Source of the DNA: Octopus vulgaris
Lineage: Eukaryota
Direction: 5' to 3'
Length of the DNA: 64,000 nt
NCBI GenBank assembly: GCA_951406725.2
Contig: OX597831.1
Span: 40,548,001 to 40,612,000 of the forward strand
Numbering within the stretch: the stretch's first letter is position 1; the number at the start of each line of letters is the position of its first letter. The translations under genes and the position numbers were made by a program. The notes under the pieces are model-generated. The model was not told the DNA's origin and did no database searches. It was given only the letters and a program-made list of their open reading frames with translations. Shown here one piece after another: positions 1-13,779 of this stretch.

Positions 1-861
1 ATAAAATATAATAATGTTGGCTCAAGAATCATTCGTTCGAGCGAGTGTGAATTTTGTAATTCATATTTCAAATGTCGCTGATGACGTGTTTCTTATTCAC
101 CATATAATTATTATTATTATATAATCGTAATAGGAGTATTACGTAAGAATTATTGAAACAGGCGTAAGAATGATTATTTTGAAATATCACTGATATTGTT
201 TGTTTTTGTTTTAATTTTAAATGCACTTTGTACTGTTCATACATTGAAGCTTATTCCACCAGTATATTCAACATAACGCTCATATATGCACTTTACATGC
301 AAAGTTTTTGCGATGTACTACGTGTTTCAATATATCTGCTCATTTATTGAACTTACTAAATCATAAAACTATAAGATATATTATAAAACTGCTTCCTTGC
401 AGTTCGAAGGTTTTTAGCTCTTATTTCCAGCAATATAGGTGATACCCAACATCCTCCGTCACAATGAGTCACGAATAAATTTTTCCTTCTTGGTTTTATA
501 TTGTGTGTAGCTGCCTACGTTATTTTGTAATTTTCATATTAGCATTTCGCTTATCCACCCATAAACTTATATGGTAAATATATATATACTGGCAGTTTGG
601 ATTTAGCTAAGCCATTCGATTATGGAGTAGTCACTACTGATGTGCCTGCAATTTTACAGACGAAACAAGTCTAGTCCATTGATCTAGCTTCGCTTATGAG
701 ACAATTATCTCCCCTGTCAGTATATGAAAACTTGCTTCCTTGCGGTCCTAAGGGTTTTAACTCTTATTTCTAGCGATATAGGTGCTACCCAGCACTCTCA
801 GTCAACGCGTTACTGACAATTGGATCTTTTCTCTCTGTCTCTTTACATATTATATATATAA

Positions 862-1068
862 AGTTAATCCAAACAAGAAAACAAAAACAAAAAAACAACA
901 ACGCAAGGACGTGGAACAAATAAAGTATTATTGGACGCTCAGGAAAAAAGGGAAGAAGGAGGGTTTGACATTTTGAGCAGAGCTCTTCGTCGGAAACATA
1001 GGAGAAGGAAAGATCCCGAAAGGGAAGACAGGGGAAAACAATCGCTAGTGATACAGACGAGGTCACAT
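862..1068 (-). mobile_element. Short (TA)n-flanked non-autonomous element carrying a decayed hammerhead motif (Penelope-like LTR / retrozyme-like)
   Basis: Unique segment between TA runs that contains the HHR relic at 963-997. Its left end (aagttaa...caacaacgc...aaagtatta) recurs in truncated form at about 1919-1992. Confidence 0.5.
963..997 (-). ncRNA. Decayed minimal type I hammerhead ribozyme
   Basis: Minus strand reads gttt-CCGACGA-A-GAGC-tct-GCTC-AAAATGTC-aaac. Stem I gttt/aaac and stem II GAGC/GCTC are intact. The core differs from CTGACGA...GAAACGTC by three transitions. Confidence 0.6.
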
Positions 1069-1671
1069 ATATATACATTTGATGCTCAAGCTACGATCAA
1101 TTTTATGCCTTGAATGTATTGAAGGTGTAGTCTAGACATGTTTTAATAACACGCTTTGTGTCACCAAACAATCTTCAAGCTCTGAGAACACGGTCTATAC
1201 AATTTACGAATCACGACGCTAAAACAAGAGAAATCACAACAAAAAAGAGAAAAAAATAAGATGAAGGTGGATGCAGAATGTGAAAGGGTAAAAAAAAAAT
1301 GCAAAATGAAAAGAAAAAAGAAAATTATGTCCCCTTTGACCCTCAAGCCACAATAAAGTTAGATGTTGTGGAATGAATCAACGGAGAGGGGTCAAAAATC
1401 TGCAATACAGCTACTCAGCCCGGGGAGGGTAGTGTCCTCCAATTCTCCATAAAAAAATTGTCTTTATTCTTTTATTCTTTTATTCTTTCATTCTTTTATT
1501 CTTTTATTCTTTTATTCTTTCATACTTTTATTCTTTTATTCTTTTATTCTTTCATTCTTTCATACTTTTATTCTTTTATTCTTTCATTCTTTCTTTCTTT
1601 CATTCTTTTACCCTTTCATTCTTTCATTTTTATTCTTGTATTCTTTTATTGTCTTATTCATGTACTTGTTT

Positions 1672-1992
1672 CAGTTATTTGACTGCGACCATGCTGGAGC
1701 ACCGGCTTAAAGGGTGTTAGTCGAAGAAATCGACGCCATGACTTATTCTTCGTAAGCTTAGTACTTATTCTATCGACCTCTTTTGCTGAATTGCTGAGTT
1801 ACGTTGACATAAACACACAGGCATCGGTTGCCAAGCGATGGCGGTGGGGAGCGGACAAACACAGTGACACACGCATGCACACGTGCACACATATACACAC
1901 ACATATAAACACATAGATAGTTAAATAAAAGAAAGCGGAAAAAGAACAAAAGAAAAAACAACAACGCGACGACGTAGTACATGCAAAGTATT

Positions 1993-2085
<93 letters not shown>

Positions 2086-2203
2086 TATGACAGACTTCTT
2101 CCAGTTTCCGTCTACCAAATCCACTCACAAGGTTTTAATCGGCCAGAGTCTGTAGTTGAAAACACTTGCCCAAGGTGCCATGCAGTGGGGCTGAACCCGA
2201 AAC
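1672..2203 (-). mobile_element. tRNA-derived SINE family B, interrupted copy
   Basis: Matches the full copy at 3204-3649 (tail acttgtttcagt...catgctggagcacc; head part ccaaatccactcacaagg...cacttgcccaaggtgcc). Confidence 0.75.
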
Positions 2204-2218
2204 TGAAAGAAGCTCATC

Positions 2219-2341
<123 letters not shown>

Positions 2342-2362
2342 TATAATATATAAATATACACA

Positions 2363-2506
2363 TGAGGCGCAATGGCCCAGTGGTTAGGGTAGCGGACTCG
2401 CTTAACCAGCCGGGTGGCATCATTTGAAGGCTAAAACAATGCGAAACGCATTGTGACCAGCGATGTGTTGCAACATCTGATAGCCTGGTCAGTCACGGTG
2501 ATCACG

Positions 2507-2510
<4 letters not shown>
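2363..2510 (+). mobile_element. tRNA(Arg)-like SINE head fused to a short tail, internally deleted
   Basis: gaggcgcaatggcccagtggttagggtagcggactcgc has a Pol III A-box and a CTCG anticodon-like loop. The same head occurs on the minus strand near 44095-44133. Confidence 0.6.
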
Positions 2511-2554
<44 letters not shown>

Positions 2555-2729
2555 ACTATGTATATGATTGTTTGTTTGTGTTCGCGCCCCCCCCCCCATA
2601 ATCGCTTGATAAAATATGTACTAAGCTTACAAAGAATGACTCCTGGGGTTGATTTGCTCGACTAAAAGCGGTCCCCCAGCATAGCCGCAGTCAAATGATG
2701 GAAACAAGTAAAGGAGTATAAATAAATAA

Positions 2730-2809
<80 letters not shown>

Positions 2810-2867
2810 TATATATATAGATAGGTAGATAGATAGATAGATATAGATATATAGATAGATAAATATG

Positions 2868-2996
<129 letters not shown>

Positions 2997-3203
2997 TACA
3001 TACATGCATATATATATGCACATCTGCATACATATTCATCCCAATATGCCTCCATATTGTAAGCGTGTAAACATAAAATACAGCTTCTTTCATAATACAA
3101 ACATTGAAAGCAGAACTAAGCGAAAGATAAATCAGAATTTTAACAGAAAATATTATTGACAAGTGTGTTTGTCAAAATATATGAATGAAATATTGTTTTC
3201 TAA

Positions 3204-3429
3204 CTCTTTTCTCTTTTACTCTTTTACTTGTTTCAGTCATTTGACTGCGGCCATGCTGGAGCACCGCCTTTAATCGAGCAACTCGACCCCGGGACTTATT
3301 CTTTTGTAAGCCCAGTACTTATTCTATCGGTCTCTTTTGCCGAACCGCTAAGTAACGGGGACATAAACACACCAGCATCGGTTGTCAAGCAATGCTAGGG
3401 GGACAAACACACTCACACAAACACACACA

Positions 3430-3485
<56 letters not shown>

Positions 3486-3649
3486 TACGACGGCTTCTTT
3501 CAGTTTCCGTCTACCAAATCCACTCACAAGGCTTTGGTCGGCCCGAGGCTATAGTAGAAGACACTTGCCCAAGGTGCCACGCAGTGGGACTGAACCCGGA
3601 ACCATGTGGTTGGTAAACAAGCTACTTACCACACAGCCACTCCTGCGCC
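3204..3649 (-). mobile_element. tRNA-derived SINE family B, full length, with internal (TA)n/(TG)n
   Basis: Head ggcgcaggagtggctgtgtggtaag (A-box) and ggttcagtccc (B-box), CORE-like ccttgggcaagtgtctt, tail gactgaaacaagtaaaagag. Many copies in the window. Confidence 0.9.
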
Positions 3650-4932
3650 TATTTATGTAAGCTAATAATATTTAAAGAAAAACAATTAAGGACCCATTGG
3701 TGTTTCGAGGAAACCAATGTAATTGAGTTACTTTAGTAAAATATTTATTGATATACGCTTTATTATCTGTCGTGATCTACAGCTGAGGTTTGTGGATTTT
3801 AGATTATCATCGCTCAAGTGTGTCTGGTAGAAGTTTTGCTAAAAATACACCGTTATCTTGGTCTGTTATCTTTGATATACAGGTAACTCGGATTTAGTGC
3901 TAGTGACTTGGTGTGATCTTTTGTGTGTGAATAAATGAAGCAATCAATCATTCGATGAATCAGTGAATCAAGCTATCGATATATCGATCTATCCACCAGT
4001 CAATCTGTTAATCAGTTAGTCAATCAATCAATACAAAGTGTCTTTCGACTGCTTGATATGTTATAATCTCAGATAACCTCTGATAGGTTTAAGCCGATAG
4101 CAGTCGAAGGTTTGCTTAATTTCAATACCTTCAACCTATCGATTTCAAGATCAATATACGGTAGCTCAATAATACTACCTGGGGATTCGATAAAATCAAC
4201 TAAAACTCGGCTAATTATCTTTTCGTCTCAAATTTTCGACACTTCAGCTAATCAATTTACTCGAGTTTAAGTTCATCGTATTGTCTGTTCAATAGAAAGA
4301 ATTTGACGTCTGAAACAAATTCCGTAAGTTGGTGCCAATCTTTTAGTGTTTAATCTAATTCTTTTATTTCTTACGATGATTTATGTTTCTCGTTTTGAGT
4401 GAGTATCACCAGAGCGAGGCAAGTTCTTCACTTTTGAAATAAATTGTTGGAGTCATTCCATTTTTGTAATTTGTTTGTAAGTTTCTTGATGTGAAGTCGA
4501 GTATTGAAACAGATTTTCTTGTAGATCGGTACGGCCATAATGTCAATAATAAAGACACGCACTGGTTCTATTTCACTTCTTATTATTCATCAATTGTTTA
4601 GCTGTTTAATAAATTAAGTTATCAACTGGTTGTTTAATCATTCGGTTAATCAATAAATCAATCAATCAGTCAATCAGTCAATCAGTCAATCAGTTATGTT
4701 CTTCAAGACCCTCTCGTCACTGTCGCGACCTCTTCAATGAAATTTTCTCTCTGAAGACATGTCCATCTGAGATACATGTCTGCTGTCTCTTTGTGGAATC
4801 ATTGTTTTTTGTAAAATCTGATATTCAGTACCTATTAGCACTCGCTCTTGGTCATTCTGGTCTTAGGAAAATTGGCAAAACAGCGACATCAGATGATGCC
4901 TAGAGACTACACAGCCTGAAGCTATAAACACC

Positions 4933-5048
4933 AACTAGTCTATCGTAACTAGTCTATCGTAACTAGTCTATCGTAACTAGTCTATCGTAACTAGTCTATC
5001 GTAACTAGTCTATCGTAACTAGTCTATCTAGGAAAACTAGTCTATCGT
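4933..5048. repeat. 14-bp tandem repeat (aactagtctatcgt): 6 perfect units, one partial unit, one further unit
   Basis: Read directly from the sequence. Confidence 0.95.
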
Positions 5049-6726
5049 AAGTCCTGGCATCAAAGAAATACTTTGTTACCCGGTGGGACAACAAACAAAG
5101 GAAGGTGTGGGAAAGCAACTACTACCTTCTCTGATCATTATTGCTGTTTACCAGTGTTAATATCCAGCTACAAATACACGCACGACACACCTCACTATAA
5201 ACTTACCTAGCAGGTTTCCATGTGATATCAGAATGGTCATTTCTCCACGTTGAACTTTATGTTTCAGACCAGTCCGCCCACCTCTCTACTTCTCTTGGTT
5301 ACGTTGTCTAAGCTTACGGGTTGTATGTAGACTAGCTGCCGCCACTAGACTGTTCCTTGCACCACGTATAAACTTAAGGATATTCTGTTTTGGATCTTTT
5401 ATCAAATTTATTCAGGTGATCTGAAGTGACCAGTAGGAACTCCCATATATTTTCGCTTGGAAACCATTGTTATTTCACTTCACTCAGAGGCGCTCGTCTG
5501 TTATTTACATCAATGAAACTAAGTAATGTCAGACTAAGTCAATGTGTCAATATATGTGTTTCTCTGTGTATGTGTGTGTGTGTGTGTGTGTATGTGTGTG
5601 TGTGTGTGTGTGCCTGTGTGCATGTGTGTGTACGTGTGCATGTTGTTTGTATCTATGCGTGTGTGTATGTGTGTATGCCTATGTGTGTATGTGTGCGTAT
5701 ATGTGTGTGTTTGTGTGTGTGTGTATGTGTACGTGTGCGTGCGTGTTTGTGTACATGCGTGCGTGTGTGTGTATGAGTGTGTGTGCACTTGTGTGTGTAA
5801 ACACAAACGTACACACACGGAAGGTTTTTTTCAACCTGTTAGGAATTGTTTACTAGTAAACTAACCCTTACCCTACACCCTGGAATTTAAGGATCCATTA
5901 AATAATGTAGTCACTGATATGCACGCGCAGCACCCTCCATACTCACAAACACACACCCTCACACAAAGAAGAGAAGAAAAAATATTATTAAAAATATATT
6001 ATTAAGTTCAAATCTTAGCGAGGTCAACGTTTCCTTTCACACTTTGAGCGTCGATAAACAACGTATCAGGTCAATGGAATATGTCGACTGTAGTCAAAGG
6101 CGAACGGTATTGGTGACGCCATATTGTAATATATAGCAAAACATGCTGTATACCACAACAGCTCCGCATTGATTACATGAGAACGAGAGAGAGCACAGTA
6201 GAATGCTATTAGATACGATAAGATTGTTATTAATAAAACAATATTGTTTGTTATCCATAAATCTATTATTATTTTATTATTCATAAAAACCTATTATCAG
6301 GTCGTTATTTATAAATAAATCTATTATCCGTTCCATATTATTAAATCTATTGTATATTTGTTATGAATAACTCAAGTATGTGTTCGTTATATATAAATCT
6401 ATTATGAAAGCTGCACTTGTTTAACAAGCGAATCTACGTGAGATTGTGTTGTAATTTAAATAATTACTTTTTTTTCGCTAGTTATAAACGAATAAAGTCT
6501 GTTATCTTCACTTTCGCTGAATTTTCTATAATATTGTGTATTATCAAAATCGTGTGAAAATGTTTGCTTGTGCTGTACTAGGTGACAGTGGATTTGTATC
6601 TGGTATCGGCTTGCGAAAGAATGCGCTGAGTATTGTTGAGACCCGTGCTACGTAAATGCGATACAATGCAGGAATAAATTATACACTCACACACACCTAT
6701 ATATACACATATATATACACATATAT

Positions 6727-7270
6727 GTGTGGTCTCATGTATAAGTACCCGAACTGTTGCTATAGTAACGAAGCTAAAATTCGCAGTGTGAAGCCGCCCG
6801 ACACAGATTGACTTTGAACTCTGCTGTGTATGCGCACAAAGTTTTAACGTTCTAGCTCACTTCCGCTGTTTACAGCAGTGCTTGGCAGAAACGTGTAGCG
6901 TGTGACTGTCGCATTGACCATGGACCTGCATCAACTTTTGTAAAAAGTTTGGTGGTACCTGCCAAGAGGCCTACGCAAAGTTACAGAAAGTGTATGGAGA
7001 GGAGTGTAACTGCCGAAAAAATGTCGATAGTAACGACCTTTCTGAGAGACTCGAAACCAATAGAACTGATGTGCGTCCAGCTGTGGGGGGGAAATCATCG
7101 AATCACCATCCATGAGTTATCAGAGGATATGCAGATTAGCTACGGTTCAGTTCAGTCCATTATCACTGAAGATTTGGGTATGAGATCCGTGTCTGCCAAG
7201 TTTGTACCAAAACTGCATGCAGGTGACAACGCACCTGCCAATGCAGCGCAGCTTGTGCAGCAATTTTAGC
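6727..7270 (+). pseudogene. Decayed Tc1/mariner transposon fragment
   Basis: ORF 6949-7269 contains RITIHELSEDMQISYGSVQSIITEDLGMRSVSAKFVPKL (HTH plus WVP-like linker) joined by a deletion to DNAPA. Confidence 0.85.
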
Positions 7271-7521
7271 CGGGACCCTGGCGGGAGCTATTGCTTCAGT
7301 ACAGAGTAGACGAGTGGAGAATAGTGGCTAAGAGGTGGTTCAATTCCACATTCCTTAAAACTCAGGAACTCGTAGAACCTCACGACCGGATGCAGTTTAA
7401 AAGCAAATCGAAGACATCTGCAAGGTTACAAAACTATAACGCATTGAAAACGCTATATACGTGTATGAAAAGACTATTGACAATCTAATTAATTAAGAAG
7501 TGAACTATAGTCAGCACTAAC

Positions 7522-7554
<33 letters not shown>

Positions 7555-7774
7555 CTCAAGATACGATGGTTTTATCCTTTTGCTGTACATAAATCTCTCA
7601 TCCGTTTGTTATTACTGTATGTATTATTTGTTTGTCGTAAGTCTATTGTCTATCTTGTTATCTATACATATATTATCTTATAGTTTATAATCATAGTATC
7701 CATTTGTTAATCCGTTGTCAATGTGATAGTTATTAATCGCTTAAGACTTGTTATAAATATAATAAATCTTCTGA

Positions 7775-8200
7775 AGGCAGCGAGCTGGCTGAACCGATAG
7801 CACACCGGGCGAAATGCCTAGCTGTATTTCGTCTGTCTTTACGCTCTGAGTTCAAATTCCGCCGAGGTCGACTTCGCCTTTCATCCTTTCGGGGTCGATA
7901 AATTAAGTACCAGTTACGCACTGGAGTCGATGTAATCGACTTAATCCTTTCGTCTGTCCTTGTTTGTTCCCTCTATGTTTAGCTCCCTGTGGGCAATAAA
8001 GAAATAAGAAATGTTTGCACGCCGGGCGAAATGCCTAGCGGTATTTTGTTTGCCGTTACGTTCTGAGTTCAAATTCCGCCGAGGGCGACTTTGGCTTTCA
8101 TCCTTCCGGGATCGATAAAATAAATACCAGCTGAGCACTAGGGTCAATGTAATCGATTTATTGCCTCTCCAGCAAATTTCTGGCCTTGTACCACAATTTA
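7775..8200 (+). mobile_element. tRNA-derived SINE family A, dimeric copy
   Basis: ggcagcgagctggc head, B-box gagttcaaattcc, and central ctttcatcctttcggggtcgataaattaagtacc domain. The body is present twice. Confidence 0.9.
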
Positions 8201-8614
8201 AAACGAATATAACAACTCTTTTTAAGAGTGGTTAAACGCGTATAAGGAATTAAATTTAAATGAATTAACAATAATCCTCGGATCACACTTGCTAAACTCT
8301 TACCTTTTGTTCTTTACAGTCATTAGATCGCGGCCATGCTGAAGTACTGCCTTGATAGTTTTAGTCGAACAAATCAACCACAGAATTTCTTATCTTTCAA
8401 AATCCGCTACTTGTTCTAATGGTTTCAATTTGCGGAACCACTAAATCACAGGAACGTAAACCAACCAACACCGGTTGTAAATCAGTGGGGACGGACAAAC
8501 ACAGTACAAGCACAAACAAACAAACACACTCATATACATATAAGTGAGCCCGTATCGATCAGATCAATACCTGACCAAAATCATTCCAGCTATCAGCGTA
8601 CCCATCACTTTTAT

Positions 8615-9400
8615 AGACATGGTGTATAGTGTATCTTCGACTACATTATCTAATGTGTCATTGTTTCCTGGTATTTACTCAAGTAAGTTCGAAGTGATAA
8701 AAAATTTCCACCTTGGAAGGAGTTGACTTTTTCGACTAAGTATATCTAAGACTACATGATGTAATGTTTTCTTGTTTCATGCTATTTATTTGATCAATTT
8801 CGAAGCGATAAAAGTGTAAAATATCCATCTTGATAAGATTTTACTTCGCACTGACTAAGTGTATCTAGGACTATGATGCTTCATGCTACGAGGTCGACTT
8901 TGCCTTTTATCCTCTCGGGGTCGATAAATTAAGTACCTGTTACGCACTGGGGTCGATGAAATCGACTTAATCCGTTTGTCTGTCCTTGTTTGTCCCTGCT
9001 GTGTTTAGCTCCTTGTGGGTAGTAAAGAAATATATATATTGAATGAAAATTGAACCATACAAAATTAGATCCAGATTGGTCAGATTTGATATTTTGTACA
9101 CTAAGTCCATCTAGGACTACAGGATGTAATGTGTCACTTTCGTACAGTTAGTTTAATTAGATTCGAAGCAATAATAAAAAAAAAAACATAACCCACCACT
9201 TTAATCAGATTTGACTTTTTGTAGACTAGATGTATCTTGGAGGACATGATGCAATATGCCATTTTTTCATGGTATTTAATTGAATTCAAAGTGACAAAAA
9301 AAAAAGGAAAATCCACTTTGGCGAGATTTGAACACGAAAACGGAAAATGAGGCATCTAGTGCTAGCAATTCAATACGACGTCTTACCGTTTCTACTACAT
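8615..9400. repeat. Degenerate 110-120 bp tandem array interrupted by a SINE-A fragment (8889-9031)
   Basis: Recurrent unit gactaagtgtatctaggactacatgatgtaatgt...tcgaagcgataaaa...ccaccttg...agatttgact, about 6 units. Confidence 0.65.
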
Positions 9401-10412
9401 CCACTGTTTTCCATTCCACCGCCGTCACCGAACTATCGAGGCCAGGGCTCGGTTCACGGTTATTAGTGTCTTTGATCATAGGCCAGCCTGATTCAAACTG
9501 ACTTGGGGCTATATAAGAACAATTCCACGCTGTGTACAGTTAATAAATGCTGACGCCATTCTGATACATTTCCACAACGTTTCCATGTCCACCATTAATG
9601 TAAATTCGGCTGATCTTTGCTCAAGGTTAAATCCAGAATTCTCCACGGTGGTTTATTATAACTTGATAACGCAGCAACCCAGATCTCTTCTCGGCTGCTT
9701 TTCTCCCCCCCCCCCCCCGCTAACTCTGCCATATACACCTCAGTGAATATTTCCTAAATATTATACGTACATCTGGTAATAAAGTTCTTTTTATAATGTT
9801 TTTTCAACTTCTCCGTTCTAAAACCTGAAGGCGCCAACATAGCTGATTAGATAACTCGCAATACGCATGTGTACGTAAAAATATTATATCCGGTAACGAA
9901 TAAATCGAGTTAGGAATTTACGCAGACGTTGTGTTCACCAGATGCAACAGGGTGAGAAGCGTTTGTGGTAATATCGATTATATCTCACCATCAGCTAAGT
10001 ATTGTGTTTATAACCGGAAGTATTATGTCTACACACCTTTATCAAAACTCGATAAATCAATATGTTTTTGTTTTGCTTTCTGTTAAGCTATTTATATTTA
10101 TTTATATATATATTTTTTATTCATTCATTTTGCCATTTACCTATACCAAAATGCCGGTCTAATTACTTCACAATTATCGTTGCAGAAGTTCGTTGTTGCT
10201 GTTGTTGTTCATGATGATGATGATGTTAATTTTTAGTGTTGTTGTTTTGTGGTTTGGCACTATATAACCTTTGAACGAGCACAGCTATGATAAAAGAAAA
10301 AAAGAGGAAAAAACTCATTTTAACAGTAACCCTTCTGTTTCTCTGTAAATCAAAAATTGAAAACTACGTTAGCCGTTGTATTTCATTTACATATACATAC
10401 ATACATACATGC

Positions 10413-10531
<119 letters not shown>

Positions 10532-10533
10532 TG

Positions 10534-10574
<41 letters not shown>

Positions 10575-10578
<4 letters not shown>

Positions 10579-10830
10579 AGAATTCACAAAAAAAACAACA
10601 AAACAAAGGACGAAGACAGGTGGTGTAGACAACAAACAGATGTATTAGTTTAACGCACGGGAAATGAAATTGTTTTTAACGTTTCGAGCCTACGCTCTTC
10701 TACAAGAAGGAACACAGAAAGAAGCAAGGAGAAAAAATAAAGAATGTGTAATGGCTAGCGATCTATTATGGCGAATGCCGGACAGAGGGGTCTCACAGGA
10801 AGAAGGGGAGATAAGAAAGTAGTGGTGATC
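10575..10830 (-). mobile_element. (TA)n-abutting non-autonomous element with a decayed minimal hammerhead (10674-10706)
   Basis: Minus strand reads TTGTAGA-A-GAGC-gtag-GCTC-GAAACGTT-aaaa. Stem II and GAAAC plus the ACGT palindrome are intact; the CUGANGA box is degenerate. Confidence 0.5.
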
Positions 10831-12874
10831 CCAAAACGAAGGTGCTCGTGTGTGTGTATAAGAGAGTTTGTATGTGCGTGTGGGAGAGGGCTGGTGACCT
10901 TGATGTGTGCGTATCTGTAGGAGTGGGGATGTGGGGATGGGAAGTAGTCAGTGCTAGTGTGTGCGTGGTGGTGTGATGTGATGTGATGTGGTGTTGTGTG
11001 GCATGGTGGTGTATGGTGTAGTGGTGTGTGGTGTGGTGTGATGCTGTTGGAATGTGGGGGAGGCGAGAGTGGGAAAAGCAAGGGCGGGGTGTGGGTTAGG
11101 CTATATATATGCATATATAGATATATATATCGTTGCAATTATGTTAAACTGTCGTATGTACAAATTTGGCCAAATGTGCTTTTTTTTTTCAATATTTAAT
11201 TTTGTTTGCAATAACCGGTTCTTTTGGTCAAACTATCGTATCTCCAGCTGTTTCAGATGCCAAGATATAAAAAATTATCAAAGTGTAGTAGGTCCCACAT
11301 AGGACAGTCTAGCAAAAATATTTCTGACTGAAAATATCATACATGCATGGAGTTACCATTTTATGCACCCAACAAACTATTATTGTTAAGTTGAAACTGT
11401 TGCTCATGTACACAGAAATGGAATGGTGAAACTATCTTTTCGTTTTCTGGGGAAAAAAAGCATCGTTTTGGACTTACGACACTTTTGCATAATAGCAGGG
11501 ACGCTTCTATCAATAAAAACGAAGTTGGATAAAGTGAGCGGTTTCAGAATAGAACTACTCCGAAGGAGCACCAGTCCTTTCCCAACCACATGGTTCTAAG
11601 TTCAGTCCCACTGTGTGGCAGCTTGAGCAGGTGTCTTCTATTCTAACATGGAGTCGACCAAAGCCCTATGAGTGGATTTGGTGGACGGAAAGTGAAAGAA
11701 ACCTGTCGTATATATCTATATATCTATGTGTGTGTGTGTGTGTGTTTTTGTGTCTGTGTTTGTTCCCCCTTAATGCATGGGGGTTATTTGTCAAAAAAGC
11801 AAACCAAAAAAAAAAGACTATCCCCAAATATAACAATAACCTATGGTTTTCTTGAGGAAAGTAATTTCTGTGCAGTATACAAGTACTATAGCTGCACAGT
11901 GAAAATCACCAGAGGCAGGCGCGGACACCGTTCCTACTATTTCCAACATATTGTGAGTTCCATTACAGCGCAGATAAAAGAATATAAAACCGTTTTATTT
12001 TTTCTTCTCTTCAGAAAAGCAGTTCTGTGGAGCACTCAAATAATGACGATAAACAGTAAGGATTCCCAAGAGAATCAAACTATGATATTCCGAAACTTTC
12101 TTTCTTAACGTGCAGCAAGGTCACAAGAAGTTTTCTGAATATAGACGTCGCATTGAAGCACCACAAGTCAACAAGTATATTTTACACAATAAAGCTGGTT
12201 GTATAGAGATTAGTATCAGAGTTCCGAACAAAAAGTAATGAGGTTTAAGAGTAATAAACGCTTACATAAACGCACGAATAAACATATGCACAGCTGCATG
12301 TAATATAAATATACTTACATTCGTCCATACGTATACGTATTGTTAATTGTATAGACCGACAAAAATTAATTTAAAAAGTGGATCGACCAGAAATGCAGCT
12401 GGCAGCTGTTACTGATTTGCATTTGCATTCAAACACACACATACATACACATACACACACTCACATATATACACACACATACACACATATAACACGGAAA
12501 CATTGTAATACATACATACAAACATACATACATACATACATGCATAAATATGTATACAAGAATTCAGGTAGAATTGCGTCTAATAACGTAATATGACAGG
12601 TATATGCAATAAGTACTCAGAGTGACTAACCAATTAAAACGTCGACTTGACCTGCGACTAAAACGAAGAGGTGTTGTAGATGCCTAGCAATGAACGGCTA
12701 TAAGTGGTTTATCATTAAGCACACATAAAGCGGAAAGAAATAATGAACAGGCAAACGGTCGGTATCCATTTAGAGCCTGGAATTTATTTTAAAATAATTT
12801 CAGAGTTTTTAGAATAGAGTTGTTAGAATAGAGTGTGTTATATACACAAGAGGATTAGAAGGCGTACAGATAAT

Positions 12875-12974
12875 CTCTTACAGCTGTTTCGAGAATAGAC
12901 ACATATATGATGTATTTCTCAGCGGACGAAGATAAGCTCTCCGTATAGTAACGGATTATTCCATCATCAGGGAG
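12875..12974 (-). ncRNA. Type I hammerhead ribozyme with long stem II insert, partly decayed
   Basis: Minus strand reads ctcc-CTGATGA-tGGAATA...TATTCTc-GAAACAGCTGTA-agag. Both core boxes are perfect and stem III is the palindrome ACAGCTGT. The innermost pairs of stems I and II are mismatched. Confidence 0.7.
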
Positions 12975-13201
12975 GGAAGAAAATTGAAGTTGATCCTTAG
13001 TAGAGGATTTTAGTTCTCAGCAGTTCAATCGTCGAAGAGTGAGCGTGGTTTATCATTAGTGGAAGGTTTGTGAGGGTAGAAAGGATAGTGTATAAGAAAG
13101 ATAGGGTCATGAATGTATGAGGATAGATAGAGACTTACTCTCAGGAAGTTACACACACTCACACACACACACACACGCACACACACACACACTTACACAC
13201 A

Positions 13202-13245
<44 letters not shown>

Positions 13246-13779
13246 TATATATATATATATAGACTGTTTTTCAAGGTGGAGGCGAACACCTTTCTCCATG
13301 TGATCGGCTTGAAAAATTGTTAAGACATTAGGATATTTTCCTACATTTCTTAACATGAAACCAATGGTAATCTTAATTCACAAATAAAGAAATTATATCC
13401 ACCAATGCAGTGTTGAACACACATTTTCATCACTCGACATTTACGTATATATATATATATAAAGTAAGTATATTAATTTAATTTAGATAGTATTTAATTT
13501 AAATGGTAACATATATAAATATATATAAATTGTAAGTTGCGTAAATAATCAGAATGTAGTAGTTAGTCCTTATAGAAATTAAGTGATGTATCATAGGTTA
13601 AAACAGATCAAATAAAAACAAATAAAATAACATAAGATAAAATAAAAAGAAATACAGAAAATATATTAATGTAATTTAAGTTTAAAAAGCATATGAATTA
13701 TCCCTTTGTGTAAGTGAGAATAATATGTATAAAAGGAACCGTATTTCGGCATTTAGATCTGTGGTAAAACAGAAAGATG

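Noticed and set aside
74-170. CTGATGA (78-84) with downstream GAAACAGGCGTAAG as a hammerhead
   Set aside because: Stems I and II do not pair convincingly and stem III is not palindromic; at best an old relic.
385-794. Imperfect direct repeat of about 67 bp (385-451 / 727-794) as LTRs
   Set aside because: The copies are diverged and lack TG..CA ends, a TSD or any internal coding remnant; likely an old local duplication.
2363-2400. tRNA gene calls for SINE heads
   Set aside because: A/B boxes are present but there is no complete cloverleaf, and the heads are fused to SINE bodies.
4747-4785. CTGAAGA followed by a catgt/acatg hairpin
   Set aside because: No GAAA box or stem III follows.
4933-5048. 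Possible CRISPR-like array
   Set aside because: The units are directly adjacent with no spacers, and the context is eukaryotic.
11244-11262. Minus-strand GAAACAGCTGG half motif
   Set aside because: It lacks the UH site and I found no CUGANGA partner.
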